DNA of 63,371 nucleotides, filler included, from Octopus bimaculoides (Eukaryota): the NCBI RefSeq assembly GCF_001194135.2. It is 6 parts of 6 records of this genome, joined end to end, with 100 filler letters (N's around TTAATTAATTAA, not from the genome) between each part and the next. Parts side by side here need not be neighbours in the genome. Positions count along the whole stretch, not along the records: positions 43,887 to 56,376 come from NC_068986.1; positions 56,477 to 63,371 come from NC_069004.1; 4 more parts are not named here. One strand, written 5' to 3'. The translations under genes were made by a program, and so were the position numbers. Below are positions 50,540-62,943 of this stretch, piece after piece; position 1 is the stretch's first letter; the number at the start of each line of letters is the position of its first letter. Under the pieces are notes generated by a model. That model searched no databases and was not told the DNA's origin. It saw nothing but the letters and a program-made list of their open reading frames with translations.

Positions 50540-51205
50540 GATGCAACCGAAAATGTCGATTATGTTATATTTTTGTGGAAGTCATCTCACATGCGATTAG
50601 CAGGTAACCAAAAATGTCATCAAGGTACTACCTCTCTACGTTGTCGCAAAAACAATAAACAATGCTATTCAGAAAAAAAGACTGTTCTGGAATAAATATA
50701 GAGAATCCCCTTGTTATTGATTACGTACACAAATACCCGCGCAAGGAATTCTGGTGGAACATTCCCATCAAAATGTTTATCATAACAAGCCGGATGCTGT
50801 TCCTTCGGACAACAAAGAAACAAGTTTTCCGTCATAGAGGTTAGCTGCCCTGCTGATGTGAATATCTCTTTGAAAATCGAATTGAAGCGGGATAACTATG
50901 GACGTCTGCTTCAAAACCTCCAGGTTATATATCCAGATTATAGTCCAAATCACATTTATACCAATAATAAACGATGCATTTGGTTTTGGGAGTAAATGTC
51001 TAAGTGACAGTCTGGATAGATAGGGTTTTCAGAATAAGAAATCAATCAACTAACTCGCACATTATAAATACAAGTGGAACAGTAAAAATATGCAAGACTT
51101 TTCTCAAGTTTAAGATGCAACATTGATTTTTATATCTACATTACAACCATAGAGCTTTGTATCTTTGATACAAACGAGCTCCTTCCTCAGAGGAGGAATT
51201 TAAAT
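50540..51205 (+). mobile_element. R4/Dong-like non-LTR retrotransposon 3' part (decayed zinc-knuckle region plus RLE endonuclease)
   Basis: PKMSSRYYL, EFWWNIPIK, HNKPDA, IEVSCPADVNISLKIELKRDNYGRLL (PD-(D/E)xK-type), GTVKICKTFLKFKM. Confidence 0.88.
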
Positions 51206-51627
51206 AATTAAAGAAAAAGAGAACACACACACTCACTCACACAAACACACACATACATACATACTTGTATGCATGCATACGTACATAAATATATACATAC
51301 ATACATACATACATACATAACTTGTTTTCTGTCCGCCACTACATTCCTCCACGTTACAAATTTAGTTTGTCTCCGTGGGAAGAGCCATTCTAACAATGCG
51401 TCCTGCCCTAACTCTTCGAAACGCTTAGTTTTAGAATGACGGCAGCTGATGAAAGAAATGTTCTCTATGTGGCCTGTGTGTTTTCTGTGCTCTGTTTATC
51501 ATTTTGTCCACGTTTTTTTTTTGCAACGTCTTGTACCCAGATATGCATCTATATATACATGTAGATGTAGGTATGTACATACATGTACGTATATATGCAT
51601 ATACTCACATATTATTTGTATTATTAC

Positions 51628-51658
<31 letters not shown>

Positions 51659-51864
51659 CATACATACATACATACATGCATACATACACACATACATACA
51701 TACATTGTGATGACAGTAGCATTACTAATGATTAGGCTGTTCCGAGAGAAAAACAACATAAGTTTACCTTCTGATTGCTACAACTTATTAAAAAAAAACA
51801 GCATTATATATATGTATAAGTATATATTCACACACACACACACGCACATATACTACAGGCTTCC

Positions 51865-51965
51865 GCACAGTTTCTGCCTACTAAATTCACACAAGTTTTT
51901 GGTCGTACAGAGACTACTGTAGAAGACACTTTCCCTGAGTGTTGTGCTGTGAAACTGAACCCGAA
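51865..51965 (-). mobile_element. SINE family A head fragment
   Basis: TGTAGAAGACACTTTCCC..GAAACTGAACCCG. Confidence 0.7.
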
Positions 51966-52914
51966 TTTACGTAGCTAGATAGTAAAGCGAGTTTCTAAAC
52001 TACGCAGTCATGCGTAGGCCTGTTTATGTAAAAGTTCCATTGTTATATCTTGTAGTACGGAATAGCATATTGGATTATGTAGACTGAGACATATTATGGT
52101 TGATCAGGATGAGGTCAGGGGAAACCAAGGGCTGAGCCGAAACAATTTGGGTAGAAAGAAAACAAGTAAGTGGTAACAACGAAATGAAACAGCGTAAAAA
52201 GAAAATGTAAATGGCACAAAAAATAGTCGTAAAAATAAACGGAACGAAACGAAAAACTCAAGAATGAAATAAAATACAAAATGTAAAAAAAATATAAAGA
52301 ATTTAAGGAGTAATTATTCGTAAACTTTTAATCAGCAAAACTGAAGTCAAGAATGGTCAAAATATAACATCAATTTTCTGTAATAATGTAATTATTAATG
52401 TAGTCTTTAAGTTGGCGTGTTAAATTGCGTGATGAATGGCGTTGTGTATGCGTGCGTATTTGTGAGAGTGTGAACATGCATGAGTATGAGTGTGTTTATA
52501 CAAGTGTGTGTACAAGTGTACAAGTGTGTGTGTGCATGTGTGTATAGCTATGAGTGTTTGTAGGTGTGTGCGTGTGTAGGTGCAGTAGTAGTAACTAGGA
52601 CGGTAACAACAGCAACGACGATATTTAAGACACATGCAAGTATGGCCGAAGATCACTTCGGAAACCACGAAGTACTCTGGTTCGATCATACTGCGCAGCC
52701 CCTCGGCAAGTGTCATCTACTTGAAGTCATTCGTATGTGTGCGCGCTCGCGTCCATATTTCTGTATGCGTGTATCTATGAGCATGTGTGTATATTTACAT
52801 ATATATAAACCAAACGTTTTCTATAAATGTCTGTGCATGAGTGTACGTGCATGTATGTATGTATGTATGTATGCATGCATGCATGTATGTATGTATGTAT
52901 GTATGTATGCATGC

Positions 52915-52955
<41 letters not shown>

Positions 52956-54216
52956 CATATATTTATATATATATATATATATATATTAATTCCCCCTCTC
53001 ATTTTTCTTCCTTTTCCTCGCTCCCCCTCTCTCACATTTCTTGGCCCTCTCTTTCTTTAACTCCCACTATTTCCCACTCGTTTATCTCCCTTGTACCTTT
53101 CTCTTTGTCTCTGATTTTTTTCTAATCCTTCAATCCCGCTCTTCCCTACCCATCTCTCCTCCTTCCACGTGACCGGTATCCGGCCAACCATAGTCTTTCT
53201 TTCTTGGCCTGACTGCCGACCGCCAACACCTTTTGTGTCTATCTCCTATATTCCTGCCTTTCGGCTTTTACTTCTTACACGCCAGTTCAATTTGATTCAT
53301 TCTCACTCGAAACATACCTGTTATTATTTCTTGTTGCTTGTATTCGTAATTGTGTATCATGCTCTCCATTTTTTTTTTGTTTTCTTGTTTTTTTTGTTGT
53401 TGTCTTTATTGCCGTACACACTCGCTAGCTTTCTTACAAAGAGGTCTAATGTTTAGACTTTTTTGGAGGGCAACCAGATCGAACCATCTCAAGTGTAACT
53501 GCCCGAAAGGGTCGTGACTTCTGGAACTTGACAGAGGAAAAAAGCTACGAATGACCCGTCATTTTCTGCTTGTCTTAATTGTTGTTTCTTTTGTCCCTCT
53601 TTGTATCGTCTATCTGTCCGAATATTTTAATGTTTTCTATTGCGTTTTTGTTCCGTTTATATATATGATATCATTATTAATAAGAAATAATACAATGATA
53701 TCATTATGAATAAAAGATAATAGTAATATTAGTGACCAGTAAGCATAAAACTGTATAAGCAGATTTATAAATATATAAAAGTACTAGAAAGTACCAGCTT
53801 TGCTAGAAATAAGAGTCAGATAATATATCACTTACTCAGAGGTTTAAAACAAGTTCTTTTTCTCTATACGAGATCAGCGACTGTGTGTCGCTTAAAGAAT
53901 ATATAGTAATTTTCAAGTAGAGAGAGCTTTCGTCACTAGCTTGTGATTGTTTCACACTGCGAGCGGATAACATCCAGAAACCTAGGTATGTGAGAATCAC
54001 GTAAGGCTAGAGATGGGAGCAATGACCTCCCTTGCAAATACTATATGCGGACACAAACTGTGTGTCGATAGCCAGCTGGAAAAGACTTTTCTTGTAGCCG
54101 AAACAACAGTAACATCGTCCTTTAGAAGACTGTAACATTCTGTTAGCATAAAAACGTTACGATTCGGTACTGTTACTGTATATCTCTTGCTCAGAGATTT
54201 AAAATAAGTTGGTTTA

Positions 54217-54263
<47 letters not shown>

Positions 54264-54542
54264 GTTAAATTCAACTTACGTTGAAAGACAAGAAACAACG
54301 TTTGCTTTAGAAGCGTTGAGATATATTGAAAGATACAGATAAGGAAATAATTTTCTCAAACGCAGGATAATGCTAATAATATAGCATGAACAGGATAAAC
54401 TATCCATATTTTGCAGAAAAATCTGTCGGCGGCCAGCCATGAGACACGAAGTCACATCCCTGTGATTACGTGTCAGGTTCTTTACCATTAAGCTAAACTG
54501 TCCGGCCAGAAGTTTTTCCGCAATTTTAATCTAGCTTTATAA

Positions 54543-54808
54543 GACACTATCGTACGTTAAACTCAACTATAAGTTCTCTGAGAGAAACACACTACATAAA
54601 AGGCGAGCAAAAGAAAGAAAATGAAGCAAAACTTCGGAGTACGAGGAGGACCGACGCTGATGAAGGCAATAGGTAATAGTTTTTTATTACTTTAAGCCCG
54701 AAACACGATCATATACGCGGTTAACCAAAGCTTTGCTTCATTTTCTTTCTTTTGCTAGCCTTTTATGCAGTGTGTTTCTCTCGGAGAAATTATGGTGGTA
54801 ATAGTGTC
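54543..54808. mobile_element. Foldback element: inverted arms of about 70-90 bp around a hammerhead-like core
   Basis: Arms 54543-54634 and 54728-54808 are reverse complements. Confidence 0.85.
54650..54721 (+). ncRNA. Decayed type I hammerhead ribozyme
   Basis: ACCGACG-CUGAUGA-(GGC..GGUAAUA/UAUUACU..GCC)-GAA-ACACGAUCAUAU-A-CGCGGU; helix III is two G>A changes from the palindrome ACACGATCGTGT. Confidence 0.6.
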
Positions 54809-54969
54809 TCTTGACGTTTATTTTTCAGTGCATGGTGAGGCACAAGCCAAGCCCTTGTTATAATTATTTATAAAATGTACCTATGAGGTTTTATTTCTGA
54901 TCATTAATCATTTTTACTCTTTTATTATTATAATATTATGATAGATCGCTGACCACTACATATATTTTT

Positions 54970-55122
54970 TCTCTCCTTGTTTCTTTCTGTGTTCCTTTCT
55001 GTTGAAGAGCGTAGGCTCAAAACGTTAAAGATTTTCCCTATTCCCGAGAGTTATACTAATACATCCATTTGTTGTTTACACCACCTGTCTTCGTCTGTTG
55101 TTTTTTTTTCGTGAATTCTCCC
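54970..55122 (+). mobile_element. Penelope-like family E copy (hammerhead core with G12A)
   Basis: CTTTCTGTTGAAGAGCGTAGGCTCAAAACGTTAAAGA. Confidence 0.65.
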
Positions 55123-55726
55123 TATATATATATATATATATATNNNNNNNNNNNNNNNNNNNNNNNNNNNNNNNNNNNNNNNNNNNNNNNNNNNNNNNNN
55201 NNNNNNNNNNNNNNNNNNNNNNNNNNNNNNNNNNNNNNNNNNNNNNNNNNNNNNNNNNNNNNNNNNNNNNNNNNNNNNNNNNNNNNNNNNNNNNNNNNNN
55301 NNNNNNNNNNNNNNNNNNNNNNNNNNNNNNNNNNNNNNNNNNNNNNNNNNNNNNNNNNNNNNNNNNNNNNNNNNNNNNNNNNNNNNNNNNNNNNNNNNNN
55401 NNNNNNNNNNNNNNNNNNNNNNNNNNNNNNNNNNNNNNNNNNNNNNNNNNNNNNNNNNNNNNNNNNNNNNNNNNNNNNNNNNNNNNNNNNNNNNNNNNNN
55501 NNNNNNNNNNNNNNNNNNNNNNNNNNNNNNNNNNNNNNNNNNNNNNNNNNNNNNNNNNNNNNNNNNNNNNNNNNNNNNNNNNNNNNNNNNNNNNNNNNNN
55601 NNNNNNNNNNNNNNNNNNNNNNNNNNNNNNNNNNNNNNNNNNNNNNNNNNNNNNNNNNNNNNNNNNNNNNNNNNNNNNNNNNNNNNNNNNNNNNNNNNNN
55701 NNNNNNNNNNNNNNNNNNNNNNNNNN

Positions 55727-55758
<32 letters not shown>

Positions 55759-55850
55759 TTATATTAAAAGGATGTGTTATAATACTATTCCACATATACA
55801 AAAGAACCATACCAACAATCCAACATACCTCCATCATTAGCTATATATAT

Positions 55851-56310
55851 ATGTATCAAAACAGTTTGATTCAAATTCGTTGGTACTCTTGAATTTCAAG
55901 CGCGATGCTAGTCGTCAGCCATTTTGAATTTGAATGACAGAAGTTGATGCGAGTGTTCGCATCAATATACACATGCACACAAAACTATATGAGCGCGTCT
56001 ACACACTCACATATACAACTATATATTTGCACATGCCACCCCTTCCTACTGACTGACTTCTAGTGTGTTTGCTGTCCTCCACGTGGTCAATTTCCTGTTC
56101 GCCATGTGGTATTTTCCAACTAACTGTTACCCATATACCAACAGCAAACCACGAACCACGACACCGCGTTACCTATCTCGACCAATCACAGCCCATCTTA
56201 TGGTAATAGTAATCAACTTATGTCATTCGAATTTAAAAAGGCTGACGACTAGCATCGTACTTGAAACTCAAGAGTACCAACGAATTTGGATCAAACTGTT
56301 TTGATCCATA
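55851..56310. mobile_element. MITE/foldback element with about 100-bp TIRs
   Basis: 55851-55948 is the reverse complement of 56212-56310, with few mismatches. Confidence 0.85.
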
Positions 56311-56420
56311 CACGTAACTCCCAATAAATTAATTGAGTGCTTTTCTTCTGTTTGTCCACTCACTCGTATATATATANNNNNNNNNNNNNNNNNNNNNNNN
56401 NNNNNNNNNNNNNNNNNNNN

Positions 56421-56432
56421 TTAATTAATTAA
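56421..56432. other. Scaffold linker TTAATTAATTAA
   Basis: Within N run. Confidence 0.95.
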
Positions 56433-56561
56433 NNNNNNNNNNNNNNNNNNNNNNNNNNNNNNNNNNNNNNNNNNNNCCTTCCTTCCCCCTCCCAAAAAGA
56501 AAAGCTCTACATTGTATTTGTCCCATCTTCGTTGAGCCCTGTGTGGCTAATAAAAGAAATG

Positions 56562-56605
<44 letters not shown>

Positions 56606-56713
56606 CATCCATCCATCCATCCATCCACCCACCCACCCATCCATCCTTTCATTCATTCATTTCACTGTCTTGCTTTCTCTCTGTCTCTGCCTGTCTCTCT
56701 CACTTTATATATA

Positions 56714-57125
56714 CTCTTTTTACTCTTTTACTTGTTTCAGTCATTTGACTGAGGCCATGCTGGAGCACCGCCTTTAGTCGAGCAACTCGACCCCAGGACT
56801 TATTCTTTGTAAGCCTAGTACTTGTTCTATCGGTCTGTTTTTGTCAAACTGCTAAGTGACGGTGACATAAACACACCAGCATTTGTTGTCAAGCGATGGT
56901 GGGGGGACAAACACAGAGACACAAACACACACACACATATATATATACATATATACAACGAGCTTCTTTCAGTTTCTGTCTACCAAATCCACTCACAAAG
57001 CTTTGGTCGGCCCGAGGCTATAGTAGAAGACATTTGCCCAAGGTGCCACGCAGTGGGACTGAACCCGGAGCCCGGAGCCATGTGGTTGGTAAGCAAGCTA
57101 CTTACCACACAGCCACTCCTGCGCC
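56714..57125 (-). mobile_element. SINE family A, full length (used as the reference copy)
   Basis: Reverse complement GGCGCAGGAGTGGCTGTGTGG (A-box)..GGTTCAGTCCC (B-box); 7-bp internal duplication CCGGAGC. Confidence 0.92.
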
Positions 57126-57133
57126 TATATATA

Positions 57134-57204
<71 letters not shown>

Positions 57205-57207
<3 letters not shown>

Positions 57208-57475
57208 GGTTGAATGCCCTTCATTGCCAGCCCTTACCTGTTTTCAAGCTAGGTAATATTTCCCCATGGAAATTCTGTTTACGCAGAGTATTGGAAATAA
57301 ATGACATTCATTTAAAATAATCGTGCTTCAGATTCTGTCTACCAAATCCACTCACAAGGCTTTAGTTGGCCTGGGACTATTGTAGAAGACACTTGCCCAA
57401 GGTACCACTCAGTGGGACTGAACCTAAAACCTTGTGGTTAGGAATTAAACTTCTTACCACACAGCTATACCTGGG
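57205..57475 (-). mobile_element. Family A head joined to a different body segment (F)
   Basis: Head 57330-57475; body 57205-57325 is inverted relative to 57595-57720. Confidence 0.7.
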
Positions 57476-57569
57476 CTATATACACCACACAGGCATGCGC
57501 GCACGCACACACACATGTATATATATATATATATGTGTGTGTATATATGTATACAAATGTAAATGTGTG

Positions 57570-57720
57570 TATGTTTGTGTCTCATTGTCTTGACATAACA
57601 TGATTGTTTTAAATGAATGTCATCTATTTCCAATATTCTGCCTCAGCACTACTGTGCATGGGGAAATATTACCTGCCTTGGGAATGGGTAAGAATTGCCA
57701 ATGAAAGGCATCCAGCCATA
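57570..57720 (+). mobile_element. Body segment F
   Basis: GGGAAATATTACCTGCCTTGG..GGCATCCAGCC. Confidence 0.65.
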
Positions 57721-57736
57721 ATATTTATATATATAG

Positions 57737-58130
57737 ATGAATGTTGAGGTGGTTTGGTCACATGCAGAGGATGGATGAGGAGCGGGTGGTAAGGAGGGTA
57801 ATGTAGGTAGAAGTGGTAGGCAGCAGAACCAGAGATGGACCTCGGTTTGTGTGGATGGATGGAGTGAGGAAAGCTTTGATGGTTAGAGGTATTGGAGTGA
57901 GAGAGGCAAGAGAGTTTATGAAAGGAAAGTTTTGAGAGTGTTTGTGGATAGATGAGTGAATTCGATGTTGCTCAAAGGGGTATGGAATCACCTGTGGGGT
58001 GGTGGGGGTAAACCAGCATATGCTGTCAGGCTATGCTACTGATATTGGAGGTTGCCATAGACTGGGGCTCACCTCTGAGCTGGGAAATGAATGGAATACC
58101 TGGTGTGTGTCTTGTGGCAACCCCTTCCTA
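57737..58130 (+). mobile_element. RTE-clade LINE 3' end, second family
   Basis: MLRWFGHMQRMDEERVVRRVM*VEVVGSR..GPRFVWMDGVRKAL. Confidence 0.85.
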
Positions 58131-58409
58131 AAAAAATGGGGAATAGGCCTGGATATATAAAATATTGTATATATATACTTATTCAACAATATTGTTTAGA
58201 TTCGTCTTGATCAAGGTGTTATCTCACCTGTTTATACCTGCTTAAAATTATACCTGAAAATGGTGGATTGTATGCTATGATGTAATCTATGAATACATCA
58301 ATAAAGTTCTACCAAAACAGCTGTTGTGAATTTAAAACCCCATTTGGCTTTATTTTTATACCTACACTACATCTAAAACCATCTAAAAATTGGATGTAGT
58401 TTAAATTGG

Positions 58410-58457
<48 letters not shown>

Positions 58458-58466
58458 CATACATAA

Positions 58467-58511
<45 letters not shown>

Positions 58512-58514
58512 GAA

Positions 58515-58815
58515 CGTTATAACATTGGGCTCACAATCATGAGCTAGTGTGAATTCGATTCCTGTGTTGTGTTCTTGAGCAAGGCACTTGATTTCATGTT
58601 GCTCCACTCAGCTGTAGAAATGAGTTGTGACATCACTGGTGCCAAGCTGTATCAGCTTTTAACTTTTCCTTGGATAACATTGGTGGCAAAGAGAAGGGAG
58701 GCTGGTATGCATGGGTGACTGCTTGTCTTCCATAAACAACCTTGCCAGGACTTGTGCTTCAGAGGGGAACTTTCTAGGTGCAATCCCATGGTCATTCATA
58801 ACTGAAGGGGGTCTC
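58515..58815 (+). mobile_element. SINE, head C + tail T3
   Basis: GTGTTCTTGAGCAAGGCACTT..CACTCAGCTGTAGAAATGAG followed by a tail unlike T1 or T2. Confidence 0.75.
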
Positions 58816-59049
58816 TCTTACATACCTACAGTATCCTACCAACCCCTAATACCTTCATGGTTGTTTTACTTCACTGTGATCACTGTTATTGCACATAGCT
58901 CTTTCTGATGTCCTCCATGTTGATGTGTCTAGGTTCTCTTGAAATCTACACTTATTCTCTAGATATATATAGATATGTGTGTTTGTATGTATGTATGTGT
59001 GTGTGTGTGTGTGTGTCTATGAATGTATAAGGATCAGTTACAGTGCTCT

Positions 59050-59515
59050 GTGAATCTTCAGCATGCCAGACAAAATGCTTAGCTGCATTTCATTAATCTT
59101 TTATCATTTGTTTCAGTCATTAAACGGCAGTCATGCTGGAGCAGCGCTTTGAAGAATTTTAGTCAAACGAATTGATCCTAGTACTTTTTGTCAAAGTATT
59201 GGTGGGACACATACACACACACACAACAAGCTTCTTTCAGTTTCCATCTACCAAATTAAATTACAAGGCTTTGGGCAGCCCAAAGGTAGAAGACACTTGC
59301 CCAATGTGCTGTGGAATGGGACTGAACCCAGAACCTTGTGGCTGGGAAGCAAACTTCTTACTATACAGCAACCCTTGCACCTTTCCGTTCTGAGTTCAAA
59401 TTCTACTGAGGTTGACTTTGCCTTTCATCCTTCTGGGGTTGATGAAATAAGTACTAGATGAGTACTGAGGTCCCCCTCCCCACAAATTTAAAGCCTTGTG
59501 CCTATAGTAGAAAAA
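59050..59515 (+). mobile_element. SINE family B interrupted by a family A insertion
   Basis: Head to about 59102; resumes at about 59385 with CGTTCTGAGTTCAAATTC. Confidence 0.8.
59103..59380 (-). mobile_element. SINE family A nested in family B
   Basis: Tail, (AC)n and head in minus orientation. Confidence 0.85.
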
Positions 59516-60457
59516 TATTACTTTATATTGTATTACACTGTGTCTCATGAGTTTTGGCCTTGGGTAGCAACTGATATTTCCTATTTGTTTACTCTTTGAA
59601 AGTATGAAAAATGGTTAATATATTTCTTTCAAATATTACTTTTGTGTTACATTTATCCAAACCCCAAAGAATCCCTCTCAACACATGGCTCTGATGCCCC
59701 CCACCCAAGTACTCCTACTCCTGATCAGAGATGCACATATTGTCAACCATTAAGGGACAACCTCAAGTGGTTATGGTCAAACAACTGACAAGCAAACCTG
59801 TGGCATTGAGCAGAATATTTGCTATAATGATATTTCTGCTTCTGCAACTCAATTGATGTCCAGGTTACAAAGGCAAAGTTTGAAGGGGATAGTAGTCATT
59901 TCCTTTGATTTCTAGATAGAAGCAAATGGGAAATAATACTGACCAAAGACAAAAGAAAAAAAAATGGTGTTACACAGTATTATATATCTATCTCTGTTCA
60001 TCTCCGATTCCTTCATCATTGAGCATAATATGCTCAATTGTTATGTGTTATGCTTATCACAAATCGTTCTGTGATAACACGGAGCAACGATCTGTCAAAG
60101 ATTCTACTTCAGTAGCAAAAATACCCTCCCAACACCCAATCCCGATGCTCGACAAAGTTTGGGGTCACAGAACAAAGCCTATTTTTCCTATGTGTCCCGT
60201 TACTCATTTATCACTGATTCATTTAACACAGAGTTTTTGCAGAACATAACATCTGTGATAAACGAAGATAAATGCATTAAATTACGTTATCCTCCTATTA
60301 TTGTATTATTATTACACAATGTTGTATAACATACAGTTTTGCCATATATTACCATTATCAATCACGACTGTTCTATTTTCTTTCTTTTGAAACTTGCTCC
60401 CTTCCATCCTCTGACTGACACCTCCACCACCACCGCCACTACCTTTACCACCATCAG

Positions 60458-60615
60458 CAAATTGAACCGCTGCCAACGCTTATAATGAAAGAAAAGATTG
60501 ATGAAGATGATGTGATGGAATGCCGCAAGGTGATATTTAATATTCTTGGAATGGAGAGCAGGAACGACCCTTTCCCTACGTCTGTGACTGGTTCCAGAGG
60601 GAAAGGACCAAAAAG
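60458..60615 (+). CDS. Candidate coding exon of an unidentified gene (QIEPLPTLIMKEKIDEDDVMECRKVIFNILGMESRNDPFPTSVTGSRGKGPK)
   Basis: AG-free pyrimidine-rich tract with CTGAC branch-point motif, CAG| acceptor, AAG|GTAATA donor, 52 open codons of normal composition; alternative donor AAG|GTGATA at 60529. Confidence 0.55.
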
Positions 60616-60864
60616 GTAATATACAAATTATGAATATAAATATAAAAATAATTTCACTGTTTATAATTCTTGTTTATTTTTCAATCAAGAAAATATAAAA
60701 ATAAAATGAAATATTTCAGAAACAAAAACAAGTCAAAAACAAACATACAAAGTAAATGTTTTACCTCCTTTTCTTCTTTTTCCTTTTCTTCCTTTCCCTT
60801 CTTCCTCCTCCTCTCTTCTTTTTCTCCTCTTCCTCATTCTGTATGCATGTGTACATGTATGTAT

Positions 60865-60922
<58 letters not shown>

Positions 60923-60976
60923 GCATATTCATGCATGTGTATATTCATATGACTAGGTGTATATTTGTTGTATGTT

Positions 60977-61017
<41 letters not shown>

Positions 61018-61037
61018 TGTGTGTGTTTGTGCATGTA

Positions 61038-61086
<49 letters not shown>

Positions 61087-61242
61087 GCATGTATATATGA
61101 ATTGCTGTATTTATGTATGTATGCATACTGTGCGGATTCTGTGGCTGAAGAGGAGATAACTATTCTGGAATGCTTGCATCTCGCAGTCTGGATAGGTGGC
61201 ACTGCATGCTGATTTGTGTGTATTTACACCATTTGTCTACAG

Positions 61243-61320
61243 CAAGAAATTTTCTCCATGACAAAACACAGTGAATGGCATATTTACAAGTCCGAACATG
61301 CCACACGTATATTTGAACTG
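61243..61320 (+). CDS. Candidate exon, 78 nt, phase 0-0 (QEIFSMTKHSEWHIYKSEHATRIFEL)
   Basis: CCATTTGTCTACAG| acceptor, CTG|GTAATA donor, only phase 0 is open. Confidence 0.35.
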
Positions 61321-61686
61321 GTAATAACATTGCATTGAGAACACTGCTTAGCGTTCTCATCCTGTAATACTTTATCTTGTCTGTCCCATTCAATAATATC
61401 TGGCCTGTTATGTGTGTGTGTGTGTGTAAATGTGTATGTGAGTGTATAAATATGTATGCTTGTGTTTATATGTATGTATTTCTGTATTTTCTTTTTCTGG
61501 AATGCAATGCCTATGACCCTTCATAGGGACCCTGGGTCTGTTGGTGATGGGAGGATGATATTCTTACATCAGTGGCTTTAGGTCTAAACTGTTGCAACAG
61601 AGTGGACTTTTACTAAAGGCAGCCAAAAGTCAGGTGGTGCTGGTAAATCTAGCTCGTAAATTTGTGTGTGTGTGTGTGCGACCGTT

Positions 61687-61940
61687 GTGGGGACACGTGA
61701 CTTAGTGGTTAGGGTGTTGGACCCATGATTGTAAGATTGTGATTTTGTTTCCTGGACAGGGGGACACATTATGTCTCTTGAGCAAAACACTTCATTTCAC
61801 GTTGCTCCAGTCCACTCAGCTGACAAAAATGAGTAATCTGTTGACAGGCCAGCATCCCATCTGTGTGGTGAATATATATGCCATGGAAACTGGGAAACTA
61901 ATACTCATGCGCCTAGCATGGCACAAGAAGGTCACTTTTA
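61687..61940 (+). mobile_element. SINE, head C + tail T1
   Basis: GTGACTTAGTGGTTAGGG..CCAGCATCCCATC..GGAAACTGGGAAAC. Confidence 0.8.
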
Positions 61941-61968
61941 CCTTTGTGTAACCATTCACTTTACCGAT

Positions 61969-62305
61969 GTGAAGGTATGTGGCTTAATTGTTAGGACATT
62001 CAGCTCATCATTGTTAAGATCTTGATTTTGATTCCTGGCTGTGTGTTATATCCTTAAACAAGACACTTTACTTCACATTGCTCCAACCCACTCAGCTGGC
62101 AAAAATGAGTAGCACCTGTGGTAATTCAAAGGGCCAGACATGTCACATTCTGTGTCATGTTGAATCTCCCTGAGAACTACATTAAGGGGACACGTGTCTG
62201 TGGAGTGCTCAGCTGCTTGCATGTTAATTTCACTAGCTGATCAAGTGGAACCCTCATCATCGTGTCAGATCAAGTGGAACCCTCATCATCATATCCAATG
62301 AAGTA
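61969..62305 (+). mobile_element. SINE, head C + tail T2
   Basis: Tail matches 48570-48760; GATCAAGTGGAACCCTCATCATC is duplicated. Confidence 0.8.
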
Positions 62306-62335
62306 TCAGTTTTATATATATATATATATATATAT

Positions 62336-62535
62336 TCTTTTATTTGTTTGAGTCATTTGACTGCCACCATGCTGGAGCACCACCTTTAGTCGAACAAATC
62401 GACCCAAGGACTTATTCTCTTTAAGCTTAGTACTTATTCTATTGACCTCTTTTGCTGAACAGCTAGGTTACAGGGGCATAAATGCACCAACATTGGTTGT
62501 AAAGCGATGGTAGGGAGACAAACACAGACACACAC

Positions 62536-62591
<56 letters not shown>

Positions 62592-62785
62592 GTATATATA
62601 TATAGATAGATATATATATATATGATGGGCTTCTTTCAGTTTCCATCCACCAAATCCACTCACAAGGCTTTGGTTGATTCGAGGCTATAGTAGAAGACAC
62701 TTGCCCAAGGTGCCACACAGTGGGACTGAACCTGGAACCATGTGGTTGGTAAGCAAGCTCCTTACCACACAGTCACTCTTGCACC
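62336..62785 (-). mobile_element. SINE family A, full length
   Basis: Head, (AT)n and tail. Confidence 0.9.
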
Positions 62786-62943
62786 TATAGCCACTCTTGC
62801 ACCTATACCACAAGGCATTCTCTGTGAGGTAGCTTGACCTGCTGATAAACAAGATGTACCAGCATTGCTAGAAATAGGAGTCAAAATGACTCAAATAGGT
62901 ACACAAAGCACTAACCTCATGAGTTCACGAAAAGCAAGGGAGC

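Noticed and set aside
51375-51460. GAAGAG..CTCTTC-GAAAC and CTGATGAA motifs as another hammerhead (also 15394-15404)
   Set aside because: Core halves are in the wrong order or lack helix I/III pairing; the second site is cut by a gap
36435-62810. Short tandem duplications (36435-36475, 49885-49925, 62239-62292, 62773-62808)
   Set aside because: Ordinary slippage products
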